The position numbers and the translations under genes were made by a program. From an uncultured Candidatus Saccharibacteria bacterium (GTDB lineage: Bacteria; Patescibacteriota; Minisyncoccia; Phycocordibacterales; Phycocordibacteraceae), in assembly GCA_964593365.1 (NCBI GenBank), contig CAZQGQ010000001.1, positions 178,384-242,383 of the forward strand: a DNA stretch of 64,000 nucleotides, in the 5' to 3' direction. Shown here one piece after another: positions 47,599 through 56,639 of the stretch (positions within the stretch are counted from its first letter, which is position 1; every line of letters starts with the position of its first letter). The notes under the pieces are model-generated. The model was not told the DNA's origin, searched no databases, and saw only the letters and a list, made by a program, of their open reading frames with translations.

Positions 47599-48699
47599 TC
47601 ATTCAGCTACTTCTGTCGGTGGAGCAGGAACTCTCGCTATTGCTTCCTCAAGAGCGTTATTAATCTGTTCAAGGATAGTCACAGCAGAACCAGAGCTTCC
47701 TATCGCATCCTCGCCTCGTATGGCAAAGGTCGATTTAGCCACCTTGAAATGAGTGAGTCTGAATTTGCGCAGGAATAGAAGACACTTTCGTAAAGATTGT
47801 GCCGATGCATTCTCTCCACCATGTCCATGCTGTAGCAGCTTTGATAGCGCAGAAGGCTTACCTAAAAGCTGTGCTGCAAACTCTCTGTATACGCGGGGGC
47901 CATTAGCAGCGCTGTGGGTAATATGCGAGTTGTACCACTCCTGGTTGGAATCTGAGCTCCAGAGAAGTAGGTCAACGAGATATATAGGGACTTGCGCACC
48001 TCCAGGGCCAAAGTATTCCTTACCTTCGAACTTGATAGGATCTGAATAGGGTCGGATGCTGTTCATGAATACGTCAGGCGGAATATTGCGCGCCTCTCGC
48101 ATGCCCTCGACCATTCCTCCAAGTCCGGTAACGATTTTCTCGCAAAGAGAGACGTACTCTGCCGAGTTCTCAGGCGTGCGGCTGAGCTGTTCAGCACTCT
48201 CGATCGCTAGGAATAACGAATCCATACCTATCTGGAAACCACGAAGAAGCGCACGTTCATGCTCGCTACTTGAGAAGGTACGCAGGCGCTCACCAGGCGG
48301 ATTTCTAAAGATGTAGGTATATACGGAATCACGCGGTGATTCTCCAGTTAGTTCTATGAGCCGGCGAGCTGTATCCCGTATTTCCGGATGGGCTTCAATA
48401 TCGACACCGCGTACGCCAAGAGCAGTTGTTAGGAAGCAGAAATCGCGATGCACAGCGAAGAGCTGTTCTCGGGTATGAGGACTCGCGAGGAATGCGTCAG
48501 TGCGCTTAGAAAGGGATATCGCTTCTTGCAGGAGCTCCTCCATATTTCTTGACTCATTGAGCTCCCGGAAGCGGGTTTTGAAAAACTCGTCTGCCTCAAG
48601 CGGGTCATATTCTCGAACACGCTCATCAAAATTCACCCATTCGTTGATTTGCTCAACGTTGTTTTTGGGTTTATTGGAGCCTGCTTCAGGATCAATCAT
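47599..48699 (-). CDS. PrnB/IDO-like heme enzyme
   Basis: IRPY..PI...YFGPGGAQVP, FRLTH, GSSG. Confidence 0.65.
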   Translation of the reverse strand: MIDPEAGSNKPKNNVEQINEWVNFDERVREYDPLEADEFFKTRFRELNESRNMEELLQEAISLSKRTDAFLASPHTREQLFAVHRDFCFLTTALGVRGVDIEAHPEIRDTARRLIELTGESPRDSVYTYIFRNPPGERLRTFSSSEHERALLRGFQIGMDSLFLAIESAEQLSRTPENSAEYVSLCEKIVTGLGGMVEGMREARNIPPDVFMNSIRPYSDPIKFEGKEYFGPGGAQVPIYLVDLLLWSSDSNQEWYNSHITHSAANGPRVYREFAAQLLGKPSALSKLLQHGHGGENASAQSLRKCLLFLRKFRLTHFKVAKSTFAIRGEDAIGSSGSAVTILEQINNALEEAIARVPAPPTEVAE

Positions 48700-48784
48700 T
48701 GGGGCAATAATACCATTTCAAAATAAAGGACAAACCTCGTACATTGGCCACCTAGACAGAGCCTGGCATAGATTGCATTTGGGT

Positions 48785-48811
48785 TCCACCATCGTCCCAG
48801 ACAGCCAGCAA
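48785..48811 (+). repeat. Cassette-boundary motif copy
   Basis: TCCACCATCGTCCCAGACAGCCAGCAA. Confidence 0.75.
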
Positions 48812-48830
48812 GGTGCTGTATTCTAAATAC

Positions 48831-49250
48831 ATGGATATTTTTGAAGAAGTACGAAAGCAGAACTTCCCATCAGGGCACTACATAGTCGTTGGAAGCGGCA
48901 TTATGGTTGTAAAAGGAATTAGAGATACACAGGATCTAGATATTGTAGTTTCAGAAGCATTATTTGAGCAGTGTAAGGCTGAAGGCTGGGAAACCCATGA
49001 ATGGACCAAGGCTCATATTCCCGGTAAACCCTGGCTTAGAAAAGGAAACGTGGAGCTCTACATTGAGATCAGTAGAAAAACGGGCGGCATACCTCTCGAA
49101 GGTCTTCTAGCCGAAGCAGAAGTAATTCAAGGAATACCGTTCATTACCTTAGAAAGACTCATAGATTTTAAAAAAGAGTACGGTCGTCAGAAAGATTTTG
49201 AGGATATAGAAATGATCGAGCAGTATTTAAGAAATACTCAAAGTTCTTAG
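48831..49250 (+). CDS. Pol-beta-like nucleotidyltransferase-fold protein
   Basis: VVGSG...GIRDTQDLDIVV...GRQKDFED. Confidence 0.7.
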   Translation: MDIFEEVRKQNFPSGHYIVVGSGIMVVKGIRDTQDLDIVVSEALFEQCKAEGWETHEWTKAHIPGKPWLRKGNVELYIEISRKTGGIPLEGLLAEAEVIQGIPFITLERLIDFKKEYGRQKDFEDIEMIEQYLRNTQSS

Positions 49251-49256
49251 AACAGC

Positions 49257-49281
49257 TCCAGCATCGCCTCAGCCACCCGGC
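49257..49281 (+). repeat. Cassette-boundary motif copy (degenerate)
   Basis: TCCAGCATCGCCTCAGCCACCCGGC, 6 nt after the stop codon. Confidence 0.55.
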
Positions 49282-49298
49282 GGGGGTATAATTTCTAT

Positions 49299-49706
49299 AT
49301 GCAAAAGGTTGTTAGGAAGGTCACTTTCGCAGACGTAGTAGTGGCTATTCTGTTTCTCGTAAGCCCGGTGGCTGGTATTTATTTCAGAACCCTGAGAGCG
49401 ATATATTTTGACTACTACACGGGGCTTATAAATGACCCTGGCCATCGATGGGTAGCAACCTTCAATAAGATTCTCGTCATTCTCGTCGCTGCTGGCACTG
49501 CAATTTTATACAATCTCAACCGTGACAATCCTTCAAACTGGATCTCCTATTTCAGCGACGACGTGTTCCTTAACATGGCTTTTGCTCAGACTGCTGGCTG
49601 GCCAAGCTTCTTCATCCTCTATGCGCTTTCGGCGATGTTGTATTTCTATGGGAAGTATAGAGACGTTCTTATCAGGAAAATAAACGAGAATGCCAAAGTC
49701 TGGTAG
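49299..49706 (+). CDS. Hypothetical three-TM membrane protein
   Basis: Hydrophobic helices; TATAAT 6 nt before the ATG. Confidence 0.65.
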   Translation: MQKVVRKVTFADVVVAILFLVSPVAGIYFRTLRAIYFDYYTGLINDPGHRWVATFNKILVILVAAGTAILYNLNRDNPSNWISYFSDDVFLNMAFAQTAGWPSFFILYALSAMLYFYGKYRDVLIRKINENAKVW

Positions 49707-49773
49707 TAGATGTAAACGTCGTTCCCGAGAGACAACAGCCTGTTAGTATGACCACATGGTTTCCCTTTGCTCG

Positions 49774-50223
49774 ATGAAGAATATTCTAATCACAGCCGCA
49801 GCACTCATTCTCGTCGGAGGCGCTGCTTACTTCCTTACGCAGGAAGAGTCGCAGGTTCCGCCTACAGACATGCCTGCACCCGAGCAGACTCGCGGTGCGC
49901 CAGTATTCAAGTGGTCTTTTGAAGAGGGTGAAGAGGAAGGCATTCAGCAGACGAGCATCAGCCTCACCGCGACCTACGAGAATGGTACATCTGACACCAA
50001 GCTCATTGCCGCGATAGAAGGAGGCTGCAACAGCTACGAGAATGCGGATAGCGACGTATACGAGCACTCTACAATGATCATCTGCTACTACGCTGGGCTT
50101 GGCCGGTACTTCAAAGTGATTGAGGACGGGGAAGGATATGTTGTCCAGCAGCGGATGTTCGAGGAAGCATCACCTGATTACAATCCGCCACAGCGTCCCT
50201 ACGAAAATCTCACGCGATTCTAG
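49774..50223 (+). CDS. Membrane-anchored hypothetical protein
   Basis: N-terminal TM; GGC...CYYAGLG. Confidence 0.7.
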   Translation: MKNILITAAALILVGGAAYFLTQEESQVPPTDMPAPEQTRGAPVFKWSFEEGEEEGIQQTSISLTATYENGTSDTKLIAAIEGGCNSYENADSDVYEHSTMIICYYAGLGRYFKVIEDGEGYVVQQRMFEEASPDYNPPQRPYENLTRF

Positions 50224-50226
50224 CCT

Positions 50227-50589
50227 CTACTTTCGCAAGATCTTCTCCATCGCCTTTCCTTTGGCCAGTTCGTCGATGAGCTTATCCAAATAGCGAATTG
50301 CCTGCATGGTCGGCTCCTTGATATCTTCCACTCGAACGCCACATACGACGCCTGTTATCAGGGCGCGTGAAGGATTGAGCTTCGGAGCTTCCGCAAAGAA
50401 CGTTTCAAAATCTACTTTCTTCTTTATCTGAGCTCCGAGCTCCTTCTGGCTATAGCCTGTCAGCCAACGAATAGCCTCATCGACTTCTTTCTTCGTACGT
50501 CCTTTTCTCTCTGCCTTAGTGACATACAAGGGATAAACGCTCGCAAAACTCATTGTAAAGATTCGATGTTTTGCCGTTGTGTTCTTCAT
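50227..50589 (-). CDS. DUF2200 family protein
   Basis: [18 protein letters not shown]...[15 protein letters not shown]. Confidence 0.9.
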   Translation of the reverse strand: MKNTTAKHRIFTMSFASVYPLYVTKAERKGRTKKEVDEAIRWLTGYSQKELGAQIKKKVDFETFFAEAPKLNPSRALITGVVCGVRVEDIKEPTMQAIRYLDKLIDELAKGKAMEKILRK

Positions 50590-50664
50590 GGTCTTGATGA
50601 AAGGCTAGCACGAAGGTGTACCTGCATCCACCAAACAATCGTCATGCTACGATTTGCCTACGAC

Positions 50665-50922
50665 ATGCCTGCGTATTTCGTCTATCTCCTTGAATGCAGC
50701 GACGGGAGTATCTACACCGGTATCGCAACTGACGTTGCACGAAGGTTTCAGGAGCACCAAAAGGGCATCGGTAGCCACTTCACGCGTGCTCGGAAAGTGA
50801 AGAACGTGTTATACACGGAAAAGCACCCGACTCGAAGCTCGGCCTTGAAACGAGAGTATGAAATAAAGGGCTGGACGAGAAAGAAGAAGCTCCTCCTAGT
50901 GCAGCAAGGCGGACCCGCATAA
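50665..50922 (+). CDS. Small GIY-YIG nuclease (UPF0213/YhbQ-like)
   Basis: FVYLLECSDGSIYTGIATD..RR..EH, ALKREYEIK. Confidence 0.9.
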   Translation: MPAYFVYLLECSDGSIYTGIATDVARRFQEHQKGIGSHFTRARKVKNVLYTEKHPTRSSALKREYEIKGWTRKKKLLLVQQGGPA

Positions 50923-50969
50923 GGCTCATTTGATATACTTGGAGGAAGTTACATATAACCTCTATCCCT

Positions 50970-51455
50970 ATGCAAAAGATCACTCCCAACCTCTGGTTCG
51001 ATACTCAGGCGGAAGAAGCCGCGAACTTCTATGCTTCTTTGTTCAAGGATTCAAAAATCGGAAGGATAAGCCACTACGACGAAGCGAGCGCAAAGGTTTC
51101 TGGAATGCCCGCGGGCTCGGTTCTCGCGGTCGAATTTGAGCTTCAGGGGCAGCAGTTTGTCGGCATAAACGGCGGACCGGTGTTTAAATTCAACGAGGCC
51201 GTATCGTTTGCGATCGACTGCAAGGACCAGGAAGAAGTGGATTACTTCTGGGAAAAGCTCACCGCAGGAGGAGGAGAGGAGAGTGTCTGCGGATGGCTCA
51301 AGGACAAGTATGGCGTATCGTGGCAGGTAACCCCGACGATACTCAACGAAATGCTTGCGGATAAGGATCAGGTAAAGGCAGGACGAGCAATGAAGGCGAT
51401 GCTGGAGATGAAGAAGATCGACATTGCAAAGCTAGAAGAGGCCTTCGAGGGATAA
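50970..51455 (+). CDS. VOC/PhnB-like protein
   Basis: KITPNLWFD.QAEEAA, CGWLKDKYGVSWQV. Confidence 0.9.
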   Translation: MQKITPNLWFDTQAEEAANFYASLFKDSKIGRISHYDEASAKVSGMPAGSVLAVEFELQGQQFVGINGGPVFKFNEAVSFAIDCKDQEEVDYFWEKLTAGGGEESVCGWLKDKYGVSWQVTPTILNEMLADKDQVKAGRAMKAMLEMKKIDIAKLEEAFEG

Positions 51456-51472
51456 GTGCTAAACTGGGCAGC

Positions 51473-51862
51473 ATGAAGAAACTCATCATCGCGGTGCTAG
51501 TTCTGGCTGCCCTTGTCGCGCTCTTTTACGCCTTTAACGCGTATATCTACAACGAAAAGCAAGCAGACACCTCAATCTATTCCTTTGGTTCCTACGGCTA
51601 CCGCTGCGGCGACGGAACGGAATTCACCATGTCACCCTCAGAAGACATGGAGAGCATCCTCCTTATCCCAGCCACGAGCGTCGAGCGCATTCCTGAAACG
51701 ATCATCTCACGAACTGAAAGCGAGACCGGAGCGCGCTATGAAGGGAACGGCATCGTCTTCCACGCCCATGGGGAGACGGTAGCTCTCTCGACTGATGAGT
51801 TTGAGACGACCTGCCTTCCGATGACAAGTCAGGACGAAGCTCCGTTTAACTTTGGCGACTAG
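51473..51862 (+). CDS. Membrane-anchored protein with MliC-like domain
   Basis: YRCGDG...SETGARYE...FHAHG...C. Confidence 0.6.
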   Translation: MKKLIIAVLVLAALVALFYAFNAYIYNEKQADTSIYSFGSYGYRCGDGTEFTMSPSEDMESILLIPATSVERIPETIISRTESETGARYEGNGIVFHAHGETVALSTDEFETTCLPMTSQDEAPFNFGD

Positions 51863-52404
51863 GAGGCGCTTTGCAGAAGCTGCGCAAACTCCTTCTGCAC
51901 CTTCTGAAGCTTGGGGGCGATGATCACTTGGCAGTATCCCTGCGACGTATTCCGTTCGTAGTAATCCTTGTGGTATTCCTCAGCAGGGAAGAAGCGTTTC
52001 AAAGGCTCAACTGTCGTCACGATCGGATCACCCTCAGCAGCTGACGCTTCAAGCTCAGCGATGAATGTCTCTGCTTCGGTCTTTTGCTCAGCAGAGGTAG
52101 AGAAGATAACGGAGCGATACTGCGTCCCCACATCATTCCCTTGTCGGTTTAATTGCGTCGCATCATGGGAGGCGAAGAAGATGGTAAGAAGGGTCCGGTA
52201 GGAGACCTGGTCGGGATTGTATTGCAAACGTATTACCTCAACGTGATCGGTATCTCCTCGAGACACTTCTTCATACGTTGGATTGTCGGTGCGGCCTCCT
52301 GCATATCCAGGCTCGACTGAAGAGACGCCGCGAAGCATTTTGAAGACCGCTTCGGTGCACCAGAAGCACCCGCCTCCAAATACTGCTGTCTGAAGTTTAG
52401 CCAT
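51859..52404 (-). CDS. msrA: Methionine-S-sulfoxide reductase
   Basis: GGGCFWC, RQGNDVGTQYRS, AEEYHKDY. Confidence 0.96.
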   Translation of the reverse strand: MAKLQTAVFGGGCFWCTEAVFKMLRGVSSVEPGYAGGRTDNPTYEEVSRGDTDHVEVIRLQYNPDQVSYRTLLTIFFASHDATQLNRQGNDVGTQYRSVIFSTSAEQKTEAETFIAELEASAAEGDPIVTTVEPLKRFFPAEEYHKDYYERNTSQGYCQVIIAPKLQKVQKEFAQLLQSAS

Positions 52405-52408
52405 GCAC

Positions 52409-52807
52409 TTAGGCTTTCTTCTCAAAAGCTAAGCAGACGGAATTGATGCAATAGCGCTTGCCTCCTTTTTCTTCAGGCCCGTCATTAAAGAGATGCCCCA
52501 AGTGCCCTCCGCATTTCTTGCAAAATACCTCAGTGCGGCGCATGCCAAAGGAATCGTCGAAGCGAGTGCCTACGTTTTCTGCGACTGCGGGATCCGTAAA
52601 GGAAGGCCAGCCGCTGCCAGAATCAAACTTCGTGTCAGACGAAAATAGCATGTTGCCGCAAGCGCGGCAGTGATACATGCCTGCTTCCTTGTTATCTATA
52701 TATTTCCCTGAGAAGGGAGCTTCGGTCCCATGCTCTCGAAGCACTTCGTATTCCTCCGGGGAAAGCTCTTTCTGCCATTCTTCTTCAGACTTCTGGACAG
52801 GTTCCAT
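52409..52807 (-). CDS. msrB: Methionine-R-sulfoxide reductase
   Basis: GTEAPF, KFDSGSGWPSF, HLGHLF.DGP, RYCINS. Confidence 0.96.
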   Translation of the reverse strand: MEPVQKSEEEWQKELSPEEYEVLREHGTEAPFSGKYIDNKEAGMYHCRACGNMLFSSDTKFDSGSGWPSFTDPAVAENVGTRFDDSFGMRRTEVFCKKCGGHLGHLFNDGPEEKGGKRYCINSVCLAFEKKA

Positions 52808-52835
52808 ACGCCCCATGATACTATATCGAGCATCG

Positions 52836-53285
52836 ATGGCTAAGAAATATCTCATCGCGCTCGTTCTCGCGCTTGCGTTCCTCGGCCTTCTCGACTCCTG
52901 GTATCTTGCCCAGAGCGCTGTCTCAAATAGCCCCATTGTCTGCGACATAGACGGGTTAAACGACTGCAATACCGTCGCGCAAAGCCCGTACTCAAAACTC
53001 CTCGGTATTCCGCTTGCTGTCTACGGCATAGTCTTTTACGGGGCGCTCATACTCGTTTCCGTTATGCTGCTTCGCCTCGAGACCCGAAAGCTCTATCAGG
53101 TACATATGGCAGTAGCCGGAATAGGTGCTCTCGCTTCCGTCTACTTCATTTTCGTCCAGATGACCCTTATCCGGGCCTTCTGCATCTACTGCATCGCGTC
53201 AGCCGTCATAAGCTTTGTGGTCTTAGGCCTTTCCCTCTACCTCTATCGCCGTTTCGCCCCGCAACTGCCTGCTGTGGTACCATAG
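52836..53285 (+). CDS. Vitamin K epoxide reductase (VKOR) family protein
   Basis: CDIDGLNDCNTVAQSPYS and CIYC. Confidence 0.9.
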   Translation: MAKKYLIALVLALAFLGLLDSWYLAQSAVSNSPIVCDIDGLNDCNTVAQSPYSKLLGIPLAVYGIVFYGALILVSVMLLRLETRKLYQVHMAVAGIGALASVYFIFVQMTLIRAFCIYCIASAVISFVVLGLSLYLYRRFAPQLPAVVP

Positions 53286-53289
53286 CTTC

Positions 53290-54426
53290 ATGAGAGCGTG
53301 CCTCCTTCTTCTGGCGCTCATATCGCTTCCAGCGTCTTCGTTTGCGGCGACCGTGAGTGCGGACCGTTCCGTAGATATCTCCGTTTCTCCTTCAGACAAC
53401 GCCTACCTTGCCGGAGGTGATGTACGTATCCAGGCACCGCTTCCCGCTGACCTTCTCGCTGCCGCAGCAACGCTCCGGATCCTTGCTCCTGTGGGCGGGG
53501 ACATCTTCGTCGTTGGCGGGACCATCGAGCTTGGAGCCCCTGCTGCAGGGGATATGCGCGCGGCTGGCGGCCACATCGTCATAAACGACATGGTCACAGG
53601 GGACCTTGCGGCGCTCGGTGCCTTCGTGAAGGTCATCGGGCAAACGGGCAATGTGAACGTCGCTGGAGGGACAGTAGAGCTTCTTGGAGGATCGCATGGA
53701 GCGGTGAACGCTTACGGAGGAACGGTAACGCTTGCAGGAACCTATGACGGGAACGTGCACGTGGTCGCTTCCGACCGGATCATCGTCAGCGACAATACAG
53801 TGATCCGGGGCGTACTTGAATACAACGCGCCTCAGGAAGCCCAGCTACCTGAATCAGCGATCGTCGAAGGGGGCGTTCGCTATGTAGGCTCGGCATCGTT
53901 CTTGCCGACTGCAGAAGAAGCGCAGGCCTTTGCGCTTGCAGGAGTTGGCATATTCCTCGTTGTCCGTCTCCTTGCCTTCATGCTCGTTGCCGGACTTCTG
54001 ACCGGGCTCTTCCCAACCTTCGCTCGAAGGCTCGTGGACGAGACGCTCGCGCATTCGTTCGAGGGCTTTATGAAAGTAACGGCAATCGGCCTCATCCTCA
54101 CTGTCGTTACGCCACTCATCATCCTGCTCCTCCTCGTCTCCTTCGTCGGGATGGGCGTCGCGCTCTTGCTTGGTGCCGCGTATGCGCTTCTCTTGGTGCT
54201 CGGCTATCTGTACGCCGCAACGCTTGCAGGAAGCATGGTCGCGCGAAAAGTATTCAAGCGAGATACGGTTTTGTGGAGGGACGCGGTGATCGGCGTTGTG
54301 ATTTTATACGTGATCGGCATGATTCCCGTCATAGGCTTTGTTATCTCCTTCGTGCTTGCGGCAGCGGCCCTTGGCGCGCTCGCTTCCTTGTTCTACTCCT
54401 TTGCATATAAGCGAGATGACGTCTAA
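53290..54426 (+). CDS. Bactofilin-like beta-helix membrane protein
   Basis: Repeating GD-hydrophobic-GG units followed by several TM helices. Confidence 0.75.
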   Translation: MRACLLLLALISLPASSFAATVSADRSVDISVSPSDNAYLAGGDVRIQAPLPADLLAAAATLRILAPVGGDIFVVGGTIELGAPAAGDMRAAGGHIVINDMVTGDLAALGAFVKVIGQTGNVNVAGGTVELLGGSHGAVNAYGGTVTLAGTYDGNVHVVASDRIIVSDNTVIRGVLEYNAPQEAQLPESAIVEGGVRYVGSASFLPTAEEAQAFALAGVGIFLVVRLLAFMLVAGLLTGLFPTFARRLVDETLAHSFEGFMKVTAIGLILTVVTPLIILLLLVSFVGMGVALLLGAAYALLLVLGYLYAATLAGSMVARKVFKRDTVLWRDAVIGVVILYVIGMIPVIGFVISFVLAAAALGALASLFYSFAYKRDDV

Positions 54427-55087
54427 GAACGTACCTGACGAACGGAAGAAGCGTGCGCTAGCGATCGTTCGCTACCTCAAGAAAGCGTACCCCGACCCCG
54501 CAACCGAGCTCCACTACCAGACACCGTTCCAGCTCGTTGCGGCGGTCATGCTTTCGGCCCAGTGCACGGACAAGAACGTGAACCGCGTTACCGCAACGCT
54601 CTGGAAGAAGTACAAGTCGATCGATGACTTTGCCGCAGCAAATCTCACGACGCTTACTAAAGAACTCTCTTCGATTCCGTTTTATAGAAATAAGGCGAAG
54701 GCGATCAAGGGAGCCGCTACGAAGATCAACGAGTCCTTCAAAGGAAAGGTCCCGAAGACCGAAGCCGAGCTCGTCTCGCTTCCCGGGATCGGGTACAAGA
54801 CCGCGCACGTGGTCTTGGGAGAGCTCTTTGATCAGTGGGAAGGAATTCCAACCGACACGCATGTGAGGCGCTTCGCGCTTCGTTTTGAGCTGACGAAACA
54901 GACCGACCTCACGAAGACCTCCAAGGACCTCGAGGCTCTTATCCCGAAGAAAGACTGGAGGTACGTGAATAACGGCCTGGTGCTCTATGGCCGCTACGTG
55001 TGCTCTGCGCGTCCCCACGACTGCCTTGCGCACCCACTCACTAAGCTCTATCCGAAGGCTGCCAGCATTTGGCCTAAGGCAAAATAA
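54416..55087 (+). CDS. nth: Endonuclease III
   Basis: LSAQCTD..VN, LPGIGYKTA, DTHV; FeS motif degenerate. Confidence 0.9.
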   Translation: MTSKNVPDERKKRALAIVRYLKKAYPDPATELHYQTPFQLVAAVMLSAQCTDKNVNRVTATLWKKYKSIDDFAAANLTTLTKELSSIPFYRNKAKAIKGAATKINESFKGKVPKTEAELVSLPGIGYKTAHVVLGELFDQWEGIPTDTHVRRFALRFELTKQTDLTKTSKDLEALIPKKDWRYVNNGLVLYGRYVCSARPHDCLAHPLTKLYPKAASIWPKAK

Positions 55088-55103
55088 CGGTAGGATAAGG
55101 GTA

Positions 55104-55793
55104 ATGGAAAAGCGTCCGGTAGCAGTGTTTGATATAGACGGGACTGTCTTCCGCTCATCATTGTTTCTTGAACTTCTAAAACGGCTCGTAAAGAAAGGAG
55201 TGCTCCCGGCTGATTTCAAGGAAGCATACGAACAGGAACGATTGCGGTGGATGGATCGCCAAGGAGACTATGAGGTGTATGTTGCGAAAGCGGTGCAAGC
55301 CTTCGTTTCCAATATCAAAGGCATTTCATACGAAGAGGTCGCGGATATCGCAGGGGAGATAATCGAAGAGAAGAAGAATCGCGTCTACCGCTATACGCGG
55401 GATCTGGTGCGCGAGCTAAAAGGGAAAGGATACTTCTTGCTTGCGATCTCGCATTCGCCGCGCTTCATCGTCGACGGCTTCTGCCACGAAGCAGGATTCG
55501 ATAAGACGTACGGCTTTTTCTACGAGACGGGGCCTTCAGGGAATTTCACAGGAGAAGTAGCAGACGTCGATGTCATCAATAATAAGGCAGCCATTCTTCA
55601 GCGCGCTGTGCGCAAAGAAGAACTGACGCTCGAAGGCTCGGTTGGAGTAGGAGACACGGAAAGCGATATCCCGATGCTTGAGATGGTAGAGACCCCAATC
55701 GCATTCAACCCAAACCAAAAGCTTTTGGATCACGCCAAAAAGCGAGGATGGAAAGTGGTCGTTGAGCGCAAGGATGTCATTTACGAGCTCTAA
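55104..55793 (+). CDS. HAD-IB family hydrolase
   Basis: FDIDGT, SHSP, GDTESDIPML, NP. Confidence 0.9.
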   Translation: MEKRPVAVFDIDGTVFRSSLFLELLKRLVKKGVLPADFKEAYEQERLRWMDRQGDYEVYVAKAVQAFVSNIKGISYEEVADIAGEIIEEKKNRVYRYTRDLVRELKGKGYFLLAISHSPRFIVDGFCHEAGFDKTYGFFYETGPSGNFTGEVADVDVINNKAAILQRAVRKEELTLEGSVGVGDTESDIPMLEMVETPIAFNPNQKLLDHAKKRGWKVVVERKDVIYEL

Positions 55794-56592
55794 GCTAGCG
55801 TCCTTCCGAAAGACGGTGTGGGATCACTCTAAAGCGCATGGCAGGCATGCGCTTCCATGGCGAGCGACCACAGACCCGTACAAGGTTCTGGTGTCAGAAA
55901 TCATGCTCCAGCAGACGCAGGTAGAGCGCGTCATCCCGTACTACCAGGCCTGGCTGAAGCGGTTCCCGAACGTGAGCTCACTCGCACAAGCTCCTCTTAG
56001 TGACGTTCTTCGCTTGTGGCAGGGGCTCGGCTATAACCGCCGCGCAAAGAACCTGCATGCGGCCGCGAAGGCAATCGCGAAAGGCGGCGCATTCCCGAAG
56101 ACTGTTTCCGAACTTGAAGCGCTCCCTGGCATCGGCCCCTATACGGCCAAGGCAGTGGCAGCATTTGCATACAACCAAGACGTTACTTTTGTCGAAACGA
56201 ATATACGCACAGTGATAACGCATCATTTCTTCCCACAAAAGAAAATTGTGGAAGACAGGGAGATTGAAGCTGTCCTTTCCAAGGCTCTGCCGAAAGGAAA
56301 GTCGCGCGAGTGGTACGGGGCGCTTATGGATTATGGAAGCCATCTAAAGCGTTCAGGAATTAAGTTGAACGCAAAAGCCAAAGGCTACACGAAGCAATCC
56401 AGGTTCGAGGGCTCTGCACGCCAAGCACGCGGCATGATCTTGAAGGCGCTCGTTAAAGGCGGACGTTCAGGAGAATTTCTCGTGGATCTGTTAGGAACCA
56501 AGCGACGGATGCAGATGAAAAGCCAGATCGCGATCCTCACGAAAGAAGGGATGGTAGAGCTTTCTAAGGGAAAGTTTAGACTTCCTAGATAA
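55774..56592 (+). CDS. mutY: A/G-specific adenine glycosylase (short form)
   Basis: LPWR..DPY.VLVSEIMLQQTQV, WQGLGYNRRA, LPGIGPYTA. Confidence 0.9.
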   Translation: MSFTSSKLASFRKTVWDHSKAHGRHALPWRATTDPYKVLVSEIMLQQTQVERVIPYYQAWLKRFPNVSSLAQAPLSDVLRLWQGLGYNRRAKNLHAAAKAIAKGGAFPKTVSELEALPGIGPYTAKAVAAFAYNQDVTFVETNIRTVITHHFFPQKKIVEDREIEAVLSKALPKGKSREWYGALMDYGSHLKRSGIKLNAKAKGYTKQSRFEGSARQARGMILKALVKGGRSGEFLVDLLGTKRRMQMKSQIAILTKEGMVELSKGKFRLPR

Positions 56593-56639
56593 ACGCAAAC
56601 CGCCGCTTTTTAAAGCGGCGGTTGCTCTACAGTTTCTTC

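Noticed and set aside
46947-49736. CRISPR array or classical integron attC sites
   Set aside because: Spacing is gene-sized, copies are degenerate and non-palindromic, there are no RYYYAAC/GTTRRRY ends, and no cas or intI gene is present.
50628-50644. Further copy of the cassette-boundary motif (TCCACCAAACAATCGTC)
   Set aside because: Needs a multi-base insertion to align; could be chance.
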